Notes: generated by a model not told the origin, from the sequence alone. 64,000 nt of DNA from Flaccisagitta enflata (GCA_965153355.1 OZ231126.1:24924001-24988000); one strand, 5' to 3'. Positions 38,145 through 54,881 are shown, counted from the first letter of the stretch. Program-made: numbers and translations.

Positions 38145-38372
38145 ATGGCAGACACCAGTTTGAACGAGGGCGTGAAGGAGGAGATCAAGAAACACGACCG
38201 CTCTTTGTTGAAGCCAACTGCTTCAATGAAGGCCCTCTCAAGTAACGACGAGTTGCTGGCCACGGTGGCTCAGGGCACGGCTAAGGATCGGCTCAAACCA
38301 GCAGAAACCCAAGAGAAGACGTGGAAACCAACGGCCGAAGATATCGAAGAAGACAAAAAAGAATCCTCATAG
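38145..38372 (+). CDS. Two-repeat beta-thymosin / WH2 protein, paralog 2, 75 aa
   Basis: MADTSLNEGVKEEIKKHDRSLLKPTASMKALSSNDELLATVAQGTAKDRLKPAETQEKTWKPTAEDIEEDKKESS. Clear paralog of 27708-27938 with several synonymous differences and the same ATCGCAG|ATG acceptor. Confidence 0.88.
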   Translation: MADTSLNEGVKEEIKKHDRSLLKPTASMKALSSNDELLATVAQGTAKDRLKPAETQEKTWKPTAEDIEEDKKESS

Positions 38373-39284
38373 ATTGAAAGATGATAATGATGATGATAAT
38401 TTAATGGTTTTCCACTTTTAAGTCGCGCGCATGCGACTCCATAACCAGCTATATCTTTTCGTCCATCAATTGGTTTGTCGGTTGGTCCAGCGGTTGGTTT
38501 ATCCATAACTTTTTTTCGTTTAAAGTTTTTTTTTATTTGCTGCTCCTGTTTTTTTTTCTTTTCTTCGCTACTCCTACCCAAACGTGTTACATCGAGTCCT
38601 TTGGGCAGCGGCCCCAAACACCAACACCAACATTATCTGCTGCGCATACATGAACATTTTGTCTGGTCTTCTTTGTCTTCCCTCTTTTTCCTTTTCTGCA
38701 GTGTGAGTGCCATCATGGGAATATGCCAATGACCCAATGTAGACCGTAGACGGCAAACCTCAATTTCTTTTTACAGATAGAATGACAAAAAAGGATGAAG
38801 TCAAATTTAGTCAGGTTTCAAAGTAAAACAATAGCTTAGCATGACAGCAGCATGGCATGATTGGCTCAAATGTCCCCCTTTCGTGCCATAATTTGGCAAA
38901 AGTCTATGCCCTAAATCTAGTTTATTGATTGTGCCGGAAACATTCCTTTTATTTAGGAGGGGGATACAAAAACTTGATTTTGAAAGAAATGATATTTTGT
39001 CAGGCAGTATGAAAACACATTATTGCGTTCTATGGAAAAGGGAGCATGCACAAATGCAATGGTCCAGCGCGCACGTAGGTGCTGGTCACAACATGGCCAT
39101 TAGTCAAATAAGGCGTCAGTTTGTTTATATTTTGCCCTTTCATTACATAAACCTATCTTTCCAAATGTGTTCATTTGTTCGATTGGGTCGCCCCTGGTCG
39201 CTGCCCTCTCTCTACGCAGAATGTTGAAGCGTGCATTTCACAGAATAAATGAGAAAGAAAACAAAAGACGTCCCTCTCTTTCCT

Positions 39285-39386
<102 letters not shown>

Positions 39387-40316
39387 CTTCACGTTTTTCC
39401 ATCGCTGCTTTTGGCGTCGGACGCTGTAACTCACATCTCTCCTCGGCCGCGCTGCGTCTGCGGCTGCTTCCGGCGGATCTCGGTCGCGTGATTTATGAGC
39501 AGCCCTGACGCCCTCTGACAGTTTTATGGAGATTCCTGCATTCATCATCCACGCCTCGCCTCTGATTGGCTCGTTTTTTCTCCAAGGTTTACGAGAGAAC
39601 CAATGGCGTTCTGTCGTTGGCAAATGATATTACTGTGTTCTTTGCGAGAGGGGACTTTGTGTGTTTCTGCAATGCTTAATCGTATTTCTGTGTCCCAACT
39701 CCCACTCTGGGTTTTTAAGCTCTTTTCTCTTTTGTATCTCTTATTTTCTTTCTCTCTCTGTTTGTGAGTAATGGTAGCGATGGCATCGTCAGGGCAGCCG
39801 GAATGTTGGATGTTCCTTCACGTGTGTGGGATTCCGAGGGAAGCCGGGAAGCCGGTTGGGACGACATCAAGACTTCCGTAAATGATACTTCTTTTCACAT
39901 TTACAAATGTCAGCCACTGTAAATGACACTTTTTTACTTCATGAAATGTGTTACAGGCAACGAGAATTTACACTGTATCAAGTTTTCACTTACCAATGAC
40001 AATGCAGAATTTTCCGTTAATTGCGAGCGATAGGAGATATGTGAATCGTATATCGTCATCATCTGCACTGCATACTCCCCTTGCAATCTCGTTCATCTTG
40101 TTTGATCGTTCGTGCATCTGTCAGATAGGCTTGGTTCAAATTGTCAGTCTCTTTTTTACTTCTTTCTGTTAGTCTCTCCTTATGATTTTGTTCGCGAGTT
40201 CTTATCACAGTTATCTGTTTGAGTGCACTTGACTGTCTTAGTTATCTGTCTTCTATCCTGTCTATCCATTAGTCTTCGTTTTCTCCGCCTCCAACACCCT
40301 TACTCCACATTTCCCG

Positions 40317-40429
<113 letters not shown>

Positions 40430-40770
40430 TTCCTTTTACAATGTCTCCTCTTATCATTTGTTTCCGTCGCTGCGTTTTGCGCCTTCAGTTTTCCTTCTTC
40501 TTTAGTTTTCTCATTCCTTCTTGTTTCATCCTCTATCCTCTTCCTCTTCCTCTTCTTCCTCTGTCTAACTCCTTCCATCATTCTAGTTTATTTTCTTTTT
40601 CTCCCTCTACCCAACCACTCCTTCTGTCCCAAATCCCATTACCCCCTCCCTATGAAACTCTCTCCTCCCTCCGTCTATCTCCCTTCTATCATTCCTTTTA
40701 GTTTCTTTTACTCCCTAACCTCCTATTTCTCCCCTTCCCTTCCTACTCTCATTCTTTCCTTCTCTCTTTT

Positions 40771-40893
<123 letters not shown>

Positions 40894-41298
40894 CTCTTTC
40901 TTTCTTTCTTTTATTCGTTCCTTCTTTTTTCTTCCTTTCTTTTCTTTTTTTTCTTTTCTCTATTTCTTTCTTTTTTCCTTTTTATGTTTCTTCATTCCAA
41001 TTCCAAAGCTTTCTCCTTTTTATCTTACTTTCGCTGCTTTTCTTTTTGCTTCCTTCTTTTTTTCTTCTTTCTTTTTTTTTTCATCTGTCTTTCTCTCAAT
41101 CTGCCTCCTCTTCGCATCGCTTTCTTCGTTCCGGCATTCACTTCCTCTTCATCCCCTCTTTTCTTTTTTTTTCTCCTCTTCTTTTTGATTTTGCTCTTCC
41201 TCCTTTTCATGGCACTGATCTTTCACATGCGTCTGGGATATTTGGCCCGTCTTCTCACGGACATCGGCGGCGCAAAATGGCGTGGAAGAGGAGGCAAG

Positions 41299-41475
<177 letters not shown>

Positions 41476-41861
41476 CACAGACGCACAGACACACAGACAC
41501 ACAGACGGACAGACTGACAGACAGATTGATAATCAGTGACAATGGAAAGGTAAGAAACAGAGGGGAACAGAAAATACGTAGAAGACGTAGACGTAAGCGT
41601 AGAAATATTAAGTAAGAAATGGTGAGACTTGGATAGGAGAGAGGAACACATTAAACGTTAAAATCGTACGAATGTACGACTGTATAATTTTGTTATATGG
41701 ATAGAGGAGTAAGCAACTTGACTCTCAGAGCCGAGAAGATTTTCTATCAAAATACTTGCAACGCTTGCCAGTCTTATCGATTGTCAGATGGATCGGTGGT
41801 TACAACAACAACAACAACGACAACGACAACAACAATGACAACGACAACGACAACGACAACG

Positions 41862-41967
<106 letters not shown>

Positions 41968-41981
41968 CCACAACAACAACA

Positions 41982-42091
<110 letters not shown>

Positions 42092-42943
42092 CCCTATTGA
42101 CAACGTATCTCGGCAGCTTGCATAACTCCTTGTTTCAGACACTAACGAGTTCGTCGTAAACCGTGACAGCTATGAGGCAGCTATAAAGTTTAGTGTCCAT
42201 GAATTGACGCCTATTGTTACGTTGTAAAAACTCGGTGGCCTGCCTATATTTGCCCCGCTTTGCCACCGCGTTCTCTGTTGCCTTTTCAAATCAACATTCA
42301 CGTCGAATTGGGAACCAGCTCGCACAAAAACTGGCTACGTAGTTGTGGATGGGTGTGTTGGCGCGTCCGTCCGTTTGTCAGTCCGCACTTATTGTTAGTG
42401 GGTGGCGCTTATCTTTTCCTTATCTATACATGGCAGTTGTCTTACAACCTCAAATTGAATATCTGGGGCTGGATAGTTGTCTAACAGCCTCAAACTGAAT
42501 ACAATGTATCTGAGGCTGAGTGGATATCAAATCACTGCCCCTGCCCAGTGCCCATCCGCGTCTTATCGAGGCATTTGTGAACTTATCTGATCTTGTTTTT
42601 TTTAGTCACGAAGGCCGACGAAAAGGGGCCAAATTTAGGGGACTCCCAAGCCCGTAAATCTCAGAATCTGCGTCGAGTTTTTGCCTCGTTAATTGTCAAA
42701 ACTTTGCAAATGACAAAGATTATGTCGATGACGACGATGATGACGATGACGATGACGATGACGACGACAATGACGACGACGATGATGATGTTGACGACAA
42801 ACGGGAAAAGCAGGAGAATTAAAAAAAGATGCTTACTTATAAATTCACCCTGGTAACCGAGATTTTCAATTTTTGTTTTGGTATTGTATGCGCCTTTCCC
42901 ACATGTTCTCTCTGTCTCTCTGTCTCACTGCTCTCCCTCTGTC

Positions 42944-43063
<120 letters not shown>

Positions 43064-43604
43064 CTCTCTCAGATTCATGTTTTTTTTTAAATAAGGAAGA
43101 ATTTCAATTGAATAAAACAATGTTTTAGCGGATTGGCCTTGTCATGGATGTAGTCGTCTTATTCTCCTTATTGATATAAATGGCAAAAGAGCATCTATCA
43201 TTTATTTTTAATTTCGAGATAATGATTATCTAATTTCACTTGGTTAACCAAATAGATAACTAAGTTTGTCGCATTGATAAGATCCTCATTGTGTCATAAT
43301 CTAATTCGCTTGATTCGCAATCATAGACCGCAGATTCGTTCGACTGAATAGAATCGAATGTTATTATTATGTGAAACACTACAACCACTCTTTAAAGGAG
43401 CGTCTAAGTGTTCATATTGTCAATCTGACGTTCATCGATCAAAGTCGGGGGCCCCAGAGGAAACATTGTTTACTGTTTCTTTTGATAATTCGTTTGCCGA
43501 TGATGACCAATAATTATGTTATCGTTCGGCCCGCATGGATGTCCCTCTGCTAGCTTAACTTTGGCATGTCTTCGTTTGGCTCGATGATAATGTTGGCGAC
43601 GACG

Positions 43605-43978
43605 GTAGTAGTGGTGATAAAGCTGCTGCTGGTGGAAGTGGTGGTGCAAATGGTGGTGGTGGTAAAGCTGCTGCTGGTGGTAGTGGTGGTACAAATGGTG
43701 GTGGTGGTTGTGGTGGTGGAGGGGGAGCTGGTGGTGGTGGTGGTGGTGGTGGTGGTGGTGGTGGTGGTGGTGGTGGTGGTGGTGGTGGTGGTGGTGGTGG
43801 TGGTGGTGGTGGTGGTGGTGGACTGGTGGTGATGGCGGTGGTGGTAGTGGTGGTGGTGGTGGTGGTGGTGGTGGTGGTGGTGGTGGTGGTGGTGGTGGTG
43901 GTGGTGGTGGTGGTGGTGGTGGTGGTGGTGGTGGTGGTGGTGGTGGTGGTGGTGGTGGTGGTGGTGGTGGTGGTGGTG
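43605..43978. repeat. (GGT)n microsatellite
   Basis: Seen directly, with a degenerate 45-bp duplication at its left edge. Confidence 0.95.
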
Positions 43979-44800
43979 AAATGTAGTGATGGCAAACAAG
44001 GAGTGGGTTAAAGGATGAGGGAAGATAATCTACAAGGCAATGTAGTAAGAGTTGATCGCGACGGATTTTGAAAATTCGCCACCCGCGAACAATGACGAGA
44101 ATATTCAACCTAGGAAACTGGAGCGAAGAAAAAAACAAAAAAAAAACGAAAGATTTATCGAATTTGCGTAGAATTTGAGTAGGTTTACACGAAATTACGG
44201 ACCAAGATAACACTTGAGTATTGACAAATTTTCACTGTGCTTTATAAACTGTAAAACTAAAAGCATGTTCATTTGACGGAAGCGGTCTGTACGCTGTTCG
44301 GGAGAATACACTAACATTTTTTTCTTATGCTTTTTAGTTGCGGACACGCAACTTTGTAATAGCCTTTGTCCATCCGTCCGTCACCGTGTTGCTCCTTCCG
44401 TTAATCCGTCCGTCGGCCCGTCAGTCGGTCCGTCCATTGGTCCGTCCAACGGTCCGTCCATCCGTCCGTCCGTAAGCACGAGTCGAGAAGTGGGAAAACC
44501 AATGTTTCTGAAGCTTTTTGAGTGTGTCTGTGTTGGAAAGGGGAATGGGTGGGGCGTTAGCTGTGGATTAGGGTTGCCTGCCCCTGCCCATCTGTCCGCA
44601 ACGATATTGTGACCCGTGTCACTTGTTCTTTTGTTACTCTTTTTTTTCTCTTTTGTTTCATTTTTCTTTTCCTTTTTTCTTCTTATTTTTTCTTTTTAAT
44701 TCTATTTTCTTTTCTTTCTCCTTCTCCTTCTTTTTCTTTTTTTTTCTTTTTCTTTTTCTTAATTTTTTCTTTTTCTTTCTTCTTCTACTTTTTTTTTCTC

Positions 44801-44831
<31 letters not shown>

Positions 44832-45220
44832 CCCCATCTCCTCTCTCATCCATTTCTCACTCTCCACGCCCTTCGTCCTTCGCTTTTATCGCCTTCTCCT
44901 CCTCTTTTCTTGCCCTCCTCCTGCCTCTTTTCCTCACTTGACTCCTCCTTCTATCTCCTCCTCATCCTCCTCCTGCCTCCTTTCCTTCACTTGACTCCTC
45001 CTCCCGGTTGGTCGATCCGTCGGTTTGTCGGTTTGTCGGTAAAAACTTCTCTCCCTCTCTCAGTTCCTTCGGTCCGTCGGTCGGTCTGAGTGGCCCACGA
45101 TTGTGGGTCGAAGTCGTAAATGGCTGATTTATGTATGAAGATATGAGACACCATGGAGGGTTTAACTGAATAAGGATAGGAGATCCTCTCTCGCTCTCTC
45201 TCTTTCGACAACTGCATAGA

Positions 45221-45277
<57 letters not shown>

Positions 45278-45653
45278 TAATCAGAGATAGACAGTTTGCA
45301 GAGAGGGGAAAGACGGGGCACAAAGAGATGACTAAGAGAGCCAGATATCAAATGCAGATCAACCTGAGAAAATGTAAACAAACAAAAATATACCCATGAA
45401 ACAGAAAAAAAAACATCACACAAAGTCTGCGGAGAGGAATGCCACTCGGCTACTTCCACAAAACAATTGTGAAATACCAACCAAGAGACAGGAAAGGGAG
45501 AGAGACGACTAAAGCTTTGTATTGTAATCAAGGCTATTTGTTCTTTCACAGACAATTAAATGACCTTATTATCTTGTAAGGTATGCAAATCCGAAACACT
45601 TCCCTCAAATGCTGCGTAGTTTCAGTTACTAAATAGATTCAGACTAACGAATT

Positions 45654-45709
<56 letters not shown>

Positions 45710-46986
45710 AGAGAGACAGAGAGAGACACACACACAAAACAGACAAACAGACACAGTTACAGACACAGACAAACATCGATATAGAGATCGAGACAGTAAA
45801 AGAGAGTTTGAGCGGATTGGGTGCTCCTCCTTGCTATGTATTTTGTTATCCGGGTGTGTATTCGCGTCAGCATCCCGGGAGAAAGGGAAGAAAGATGGAT
45901 GAAAGGAGGAAAGGAAGGATGGGAAAACAGTTCATGTATCGGCCGTTGAATAAAAGGAAGAAAGGAAGTAGGAGGAAGGAAGGAAAGAATGAAGGAAGGA
46001 AGGAAGGAAGGAAGGAAGGAAGGAAGGAAGGAAGGAAGGAAGGAAGGAAGGAAGGAAGGAAGGAAGGAAGGAAGGAAGGAAGGAAGGAAGGAAGGAAGGA
46101 AGGAAGGAAGGAAGGAAGAAAGGAAGGATGGAAGGTAAGAAGGAAGGAAGGAATTAGGGAGAAGGGAAGAAAGGAAGCGACGCAGAAAGGAAAAAAACAA
46201 GGAACAGAGATTGGAAGCAAGAGAAGAAGGAAGGAAGGAAGCAAGGAAACAAGGAAAGAAAGACGGAAGAAAGGAAGGAGGGATGGAAGGGAGGAAGGAA
46301 GGAAAGAAGGAAGGAAGAGAGGAAGGAAAGCAGAGGGAAGGAATTAAGGAAAGTGTTTTGATTATCGGCCAAGCGTAAAGAGAGGAAATATGAGTTTACG
46401 TATGGGCCAGGCAAGAAGAAATGGGGGAAGGAAGGAGGAAGGAAGGAAGAAATAAGGGAGAAACGAACATGTTAGCGAGGAAGGAAGGAGTGAAGGAAGG
46501 AAGGACTGAGGAAAGTGATGAAGAAGAGTTCACTTATCGGCCCACCTTTTCCACTTTTTATTCGGAAACAAATCTCGAATTCCTCAACTTCCTCCTCTTC
46601 CTCCTCCTCTTCTGCTCATGTTCCTCATCTTCCTCCTCATTTGCAATTCCAATTTTCGGCACCGACTTCGATTCCGACCCATCAATTCAACCCGGAGACT
46701 TCCCCTCTCAGCCTCATACGCATTTTCTCCCCTTTTCTCCTGATCCACTCCTCGATATCCTGCAAGTAAAACCCGCTCCAACGAACCCACTTTCAACTGA
46801 ATTTTGCCTGAAACAGATGCAAATTCTATATCCCTTCAGCCTGTTTTCCTAAATTTCTTATGTTGGCTCTAACAGAATTCCGCCTTAAACACATTTGTTG
46901 TACCTTTGAAATCCGTTGGAGCGGGATTTAACTGTGTATCCCCAATAGCTCGACAATTATTTACACATAAGAAAGTTTTGTATCAA

Positions 46987-47241
46987 AGGGATACAGGCAT
47001 ACAGCTCAAAATCGTGTATAAAGATGGCTCATCAAAAAAATTTAGCCATTGGACCCCTATAAATTGTGGCCGCCACCCACCCCCTTCCCCATGATGAAAT
47101 ATAGGAAACCCTAGAGACCAAAATCCATCCCATATATTTTTTATGGGATATGAAGGGGGTGGCGGCCACAATTTAGAGGGGTCCTATGGCAAATTTTTTT
47201 TTCATGAGTCATCTTTATACTTGATTTTGAGCTATATCCCT
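46987..47241. mobile_element. Small MITE, AGGGATA...TATCCCT termini (Kolobok-like)
   Basis: Inverted arms of ~90 bp, flanked by TCAA/TTGA, which may be a degenerate TTAA target. Confidence 0.6.
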
Positions 47242-47763
47242 TTGATGAAGAACTTCCCTATGACTCCCTTTCCCAATATCGTACCTCCGGCCTCCGTTTT
47301 TACCTCCCTCTTCTTTGTTCTACCTCTTACTCACCTTTCCATCTCTCCCTGTTCATCACAAATCTACGTCTCATTCGAATCAGCATTTGTTAGTCTCTGA
47401 CTCTTTGTACCTAAAACTCTTGTAACTTACAATGTAAGAGGTAAACCTTGTTCCTCCGTTTTTCAACCATGTATCCACCTTCTTTCCTCTTTCAAATTTA
47501 ACCTTCTTCCGTATTCTATACCGTAAACTCTCAACGTTGCTCTTTACTTCTATTCGGTTCAGTCTTGTCATGTGCATTCAAACAACAACAATAACAATAA
47601 CAATAACAATAACAATAACAATAACAATAACAATAACAATAACAATAACAATAACAATAACAATAACAATGAAAATAACAAAAACAATGACAACAAAAAT
47701 AACAATAACAATAACGATAACAATAACATCAACAAAGTCAGTGTAAACGACTATGACAACTTT

Positions 47764-47808
<45 letters not shown>

Positions 47809-47816
47809 AACAACAA

Positions 47817-47893
<77 letters not shown>

Positions 47894-47898
47894 TCAAC

Positions 47899-48023
<125 letters not shown>

Positions 48024-48514
48024 ACGTCGACGACGACGAGAACGTCATTGTTATTGGCATTGACGTTGAACAACAAAAACAAAAACAAAAACAAAAACAA
48101 AAACAAAAACAAAAACAAAAACAAAAACAAAAACAAAAACAAAAACAAAAACAAAAACAAAAACAATTACAAAAACAAAAACAAAAACAAAAACTCTCTA
48201 TCACCCGCTATATCCGTCAGTCTGTCAATTTGTAGGTTGATCGATTTGTGGGTTGGTCGGTCTGTCAGTCAGTCAATAACAATTTGCTTTTTGCGGCGTT
48301 TATGGGCGGTTTTTACACTTCTGCTCCTGCCCAAATGCTTGGTCAGCTTTTGTCATCTTTACCCTTTACCCACCCATATGCACAATGGTTAGCTGAGTAT
48401 CCGGCCTTGTTTTAACCTCTTTTCATCACCCTTTCAGTGCAAAACACCAACCTTAGATCTCTCTCCCACCCCCAAACACAGTGAGGCGCCACCTTCGTGT
48501 CTCGTGCCTCATCA

Positions 48515-48602
<88 letters not shown>

Positions 48603-50178
48603 ACATAAAGCGTGACCTTGATCCATAGCTGAGGCCAATGGAAAGGCCAGAGGCGCGGCGCTTCGCCAGTTTGCTCTTTGCCTTCGTTCATGCCCTCATT
48701 CCGCGAAACAAATCCGCTTTCTGTCTATCCCTCTGTCCGTTTGGCTGTCTCTTTCTGTCTCTCTGGCTGCTTATCTGTCGGTCAGCCTGTCTCTCTGCCT
48801 ACCTCTCTGTCTCTCTCACTCTTGATTTGCTAAAGGCATCTTTGAATTATAGGTACACAGTGAATGAGTCAGTAGCTTCCAGGTTAGTGGATTTGAAATG
48901 AACATGGCCGGATACACGGCCATTAGTTGCGGACGGGTGGGCAGGGGCGGAAATGCGCGTTTTTCCACTTTTCGACTCGATGGTTACGGACGGACGGACG
49001 GACCGACCAACGGACGGACAAAGCCTCTTATAGAGTTGCGTGTCCGCAACTAAAAATGTATTTGCATATACCTTGCTTAACAAACGTTCCAGAATCTAAC
49101 TTTTATCCTTACTTTCTTTAGGAATAAGTAAAGTGCGCTCTTATGTAGGATTTTGAGCAAGAATGAATAAGTTGACGAAGGACGAGAAATTTATTTTGCC
49201 TTGCACCCCGTTTGATCAGAAAAATCTTTGAAAGTTGAAAAACTAGAGTGTGTCATGATTCGAGGTTTATAGCAGGCCTCTTGATTCTGGGGCAGCGAGC
49301 AGCGCCGCATGTCGGCAGGGTAAGAAGGATATTGGCAGGTCCCGAAAGAAGAAGGAGAAGAAGGGGAAGAAGGAAGAAGAAGACGAAGACAAAGACTTAA
49401 CAAAGGGAGAAATGATGGTTGAAGTATAGCAACTGAAGTCAGCTTTAGGATGACTTGCATATTGCAGTTTTAAGATTACCGCTATATTGCAATGTCGCTG
49501 ACTTGATTTATAGTCAATATGAATTGGAATCATATCTTGAACTATATCTCAATTTATTGTAAAATAGAGGAAGGAATTCTCATGATTATTGGTTAGTTTC
49601 AACGTCGTTCTGCATTTTACGTAGCATTCCGCATCAGATTTGCGCTGATGAAGAAACCATTAAAAACATGGTCAACCATTGAAATGGGAAAATGCACTCG
49701 TCTTCACTAACGAAGGGGTGTGAATGCTGGTGTTTGCTGCACTCGTATCTAGATGTGAATTTGCTCACTGACTAGTGAACTCTAAGAGCTTATTGTGTGT
49801 GGTAAGCATGGCAACTATCATGCTGCCATAGAGTGCGATGGTGGGGGGCTTCACTTTTTTGGTCGGCAGCTTTGCAGGTAAGAATTTTGCTTCTCGGCAG
49901 AAAAGAAGAATCAAGAGGCCTGGTTTATAGACTCCGAAATCACCCCATCTTACTTTCAATCAAGAAATATTCAATGTTACTGCTATATCTGGGGCAACCA
50001 ATGCTAGAGTTATATTTCAAATCACTGAATTTGATTTCTCTTTTTCATAGTTTTTTTTTCATTCTTCCCAATTCTACTTTTCATTATCTTTCATGAGATG
50101 ACGCATGAATCACAAATGTGGTTGGTAATTTTGTGAATTTGTCCCTTTCCTTAATTGTTGATTAATCGTTACATGAGT

Positions 50179-50481
<303 letters not shown>

Positions 50482-50630
50482 AATTTGATTCGCCTTAGCT
50501 GCAATCTGGGTCCCTATATGGTGATGTAATGACGATGAAGAGGCGCTGTGAGCTCGATTGGCCCCCGACCGCTCTCTGCCTGTGTGTTTGTGATTTAGGC
50601 CCTACAACAACAACAACAACAACAAAAACC

Positions 50631-50880
<250 letters not shown>

Positions 50881-50882
50881 CT

Positions 50883-51003
<121 letters not shown>

Positions 51004-52322
51004 CTTCATCATCGTTGCAGAAAAGGATCAGAATAAAAAGACGAAAAAAGTCATCTGTTTCGGTTCACCCCCTTCCTTGCTTTGCGTCACCCTCCCACAG
51101 CGCAATCTTCTTTCCGGTTGAGGACAAAATTTCATCTTCCTAATTTCTAATCTTTCCCAATCCAAAGAAAAGAGGTGAAAAAAAAGAAACAGGAAAAAGA
51201 AAAGATTCGTCACAGGTTTTTGAAAAGGTCGTTTTAATTTTTCCCGCCTCGGCTGCGTAATCCTCATTTCCAGCACGTAACCCTTTTCATTTTCCCATGG
51301 AGATGTTCAACTTGACAAAGAATAATGGTAATTACAATTTTTTACAAGTGGTTTTGCCCTGGCTAATATTGTGAATATATAATTATATATATACAGTATC
51401 GTACAGATTTGTCTTTCACAAAAAGTTACCCATGAGTGATTGCTTTTCTACGCTTTTCCTCCTAATTTCTAGCCCCTTTCTTTCACTTTCGCCCCTTCCC
51501 CTAATCCCCACTAAAATCACAGACTCACTGTTCACACTGTTCACCGCAATTAAACAAGTGGTCTTGCCCGTCCGTCCGTACAGTTAACTGCAGTTGTCTT
51601 TCTCTTAGTTTGTTCACCCGTTTAACCTACGCTACCTGTCTTTGATCTTTTCCCTTCTCTGTTGCCACTCCAGGTCACCCCCAATCCCATACATTCGTCT
51701 ATCCAAACCCCTTTCTCACTTTTCCTTCTCATTTTTTCTCACTCTTTCTCTTCTTTTTTTCTCCGAAAGACTTCGATTCATTTTCCACGCCTAAGAATTT
51801 TCTCATTTTCTCTTTTCTTTTGAAAATTGGAAAATATGCTCTCGATTTTCCGAGACGCGGTTGAACGTCGGAGCGGAACCGGCTTCCCGTCTGTCTGTGC
51901 CGACGCATTGCCGACGCAGTGCCGACGCAGTGCCGATGCTTTGCCGACGCCCAAGATTTTTTTCTCACTCTGCCGACGTGGATTTGTCCTTCGTAGGCTG
52001 CTTTTGCCGATGCACGTTTGTTCTTTCCTTTCGCACCGTAATTTACCGACGCTGATCGGTTTATAGCTCACAAACTGTAAACGCATGAAAGCTTGTTTGT
52101 TGTCCATATACGAAGTGACAAATTCTATGCCCATGTGATTTCTTCTCTTATTGATTTACTGCTGTTTCAATTTTCCTGCCTGATAACGATAAAGACAGTC
52201 ACTGCCAATGACATTGGATAACAGCGCTTTACAAGCATGTTTTCATGGGTATATCTGCCTTCCTCATGCCCACCCCCACTCCCCCAGTCCCCCACCCCGC
52301 ACCCCTCGCGAACTGTCATCTC

Positions 52323-52569
<247 letters not shown>

Positions 52570-54371
52570 GCGTATTCTTTATCTTTTTTTTTCATCTCTC
52601 TCTCAGTCGGTTTATTCCTCACATGGAATTATTTATCTCTTAATGGGAAGATTTGACCCGTTATGTGATGGTGAAATCCTTTCTAATGCCCTCATTAATG
52701 CACGCGCTGTCCGTCCATCTCGTCTCGTCCCGAGGCTCGCCCACCTAAACACACAGAGAGCGACTCGATAAAAAGCGATAAAAGAAGAAAATATGGTCCA
52801 AGTACGAGCGCCGGTCCTCCAGACGGACAGACCGACGTCCGACAACAAAATGTCATGGTTCAGTTCGATCTAGGAGAAGACACCGTAATTTGCAAATGTC
52901 GATGCTTTGAGTCATGATATTTGAAACTGTGCAGATGATATTTCATTTTCGCACAATGCCAATTGACGACCCCCCCCCCCCCGCCACTACCAATAAAGGT
53001 GTCTGAATCCGACGAGTGCTCTTTATTTACAGACCCAAAACCCCCTCCATTCCTCGGTAATACATTCTAGATCCGAAAAAAAGATCAAGTAAGCCTCTTA
53101 TTTAGTTTTCTTCTTCTATTTTCTTTGCCTCTTGATATCACTACCATAAACTCCGTCCTTATTCCATTCATGTTTCATAGTGTCATGATATCGTCCCCTT
53201 TGCTTCTCTCCCTACCTGAGGTCATTTCCTGTTGTTCACCTCTTTCCAACTTCGCAAATTTCATTCCTCAGCCCCTCTTCTCTTCCGTGTCCATTTTTAC
53301 TCCTTTTGCCTTTCCCTCCCCAATTTTTCCTCCCTCCTCCATTCTCCTTTCCTTTTTTTCCTTTCAGGATTTGATCAGATATCAGCCACTTATTCACAAA
53401 GGAGTTCTCTCTGTCTCTCTAATCGTTTTCTGTCCTCGATAGAACAAACCTTTTGATATTGAGGTGAAATGAAATCTGGAATCTGGAATTGGATCGAGGC
53501 AAGAGACGACCATCGATGTTACAAAGAGATATCAGGGTTGAGAACAATAACAAGGACTTGATGGATGAAAAGAACAAGAACAAGTACAAAAACAAGAACA
53601 AGAACAAGAACAAGAACAAGAACAAGAATAAAGACATGAACCTAGTCTCATTGCGAATCATTAAAATAGCATGATCAAAAAAAGGTTCTTACTAGATGGT
53701 AAAAAGTAACGAGACAACCAAAAGAGGAAGAACAAGACGAGTACAATAACTAATGAGAACCGTCTAGAAATAAAAAAATGAAACCCGTTGAATCAAAGGA
53801 GATGGTGCGACGAGGTTATGAAAAGATGTAGAAAACGGAAATTAGTTAGTACAGTACAACGCCGCTAGAGCGTACCCGCTGTAAAGGGATACCCGCCTAT
53901 AAGGCAAACAAGTTCCAGTCCCATGTGACCATCAGTGATTCTGTAGTTTGTTTTATTTGCAATGAGGCAGCTTCATTATAAGACATGATTTTGGCTAGTC
54001 CCGTGACATGCGCTCCAGTTAAACTCAACTTTTTTGGTGAAATCAATTTGTTCGGAAGAAATTGTAAAAATTTGAGGATTGAGAAGATACATCACTTCTA
54101 TATAAGTGACATCGTCAGACCTACAATGATGTGAACTGACCAACTCGCCACTATAATAAAGAACAATAACAGTAAAATCCACGCATAGCCGGAGAGCCAG
54201 TATCTATGAGTGGGAAAGGGGCGTAGGGGTTAAAGAAAGTATCTGAATTCGAAACGATGGCGATGGGTGACAGCAAAATCAGCATATTCTTATCACTCAA
54301 GCACCACTTAACTTCGGAGATGGAATGACGCGCTTTGCAGTTCACAAAACTGCTTCTCTTCTTTCCCCCCA

Positions 54372-54504
<133 letters not shown>

Positions 54505-54625
54505 TCCTGTCTCCTTGGTGGTCTCATTTTCTACATTACATCGGACGACCTAATGGCCTCGATTTCATATGCAGTCCTCACAATAACCTCTCTCACTTCT
54601 TCATTCGATTCCTTCCTCCTCTTTT

Positions 54626-54881
<256 letters not shown>

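Noticed and set aside
43555-43995. Formin/WASP-like poly-proline or Gly-rich ORF
   Set aside because: It is essentially a pure (GGT)n tract with no codon variation, splice support or flanking domain.
49270-49880. Two plus-strand segments ending in G|GTAAGA
   Set aside because: No recognisable protein and no consistent exon chain, so support is insufficient.
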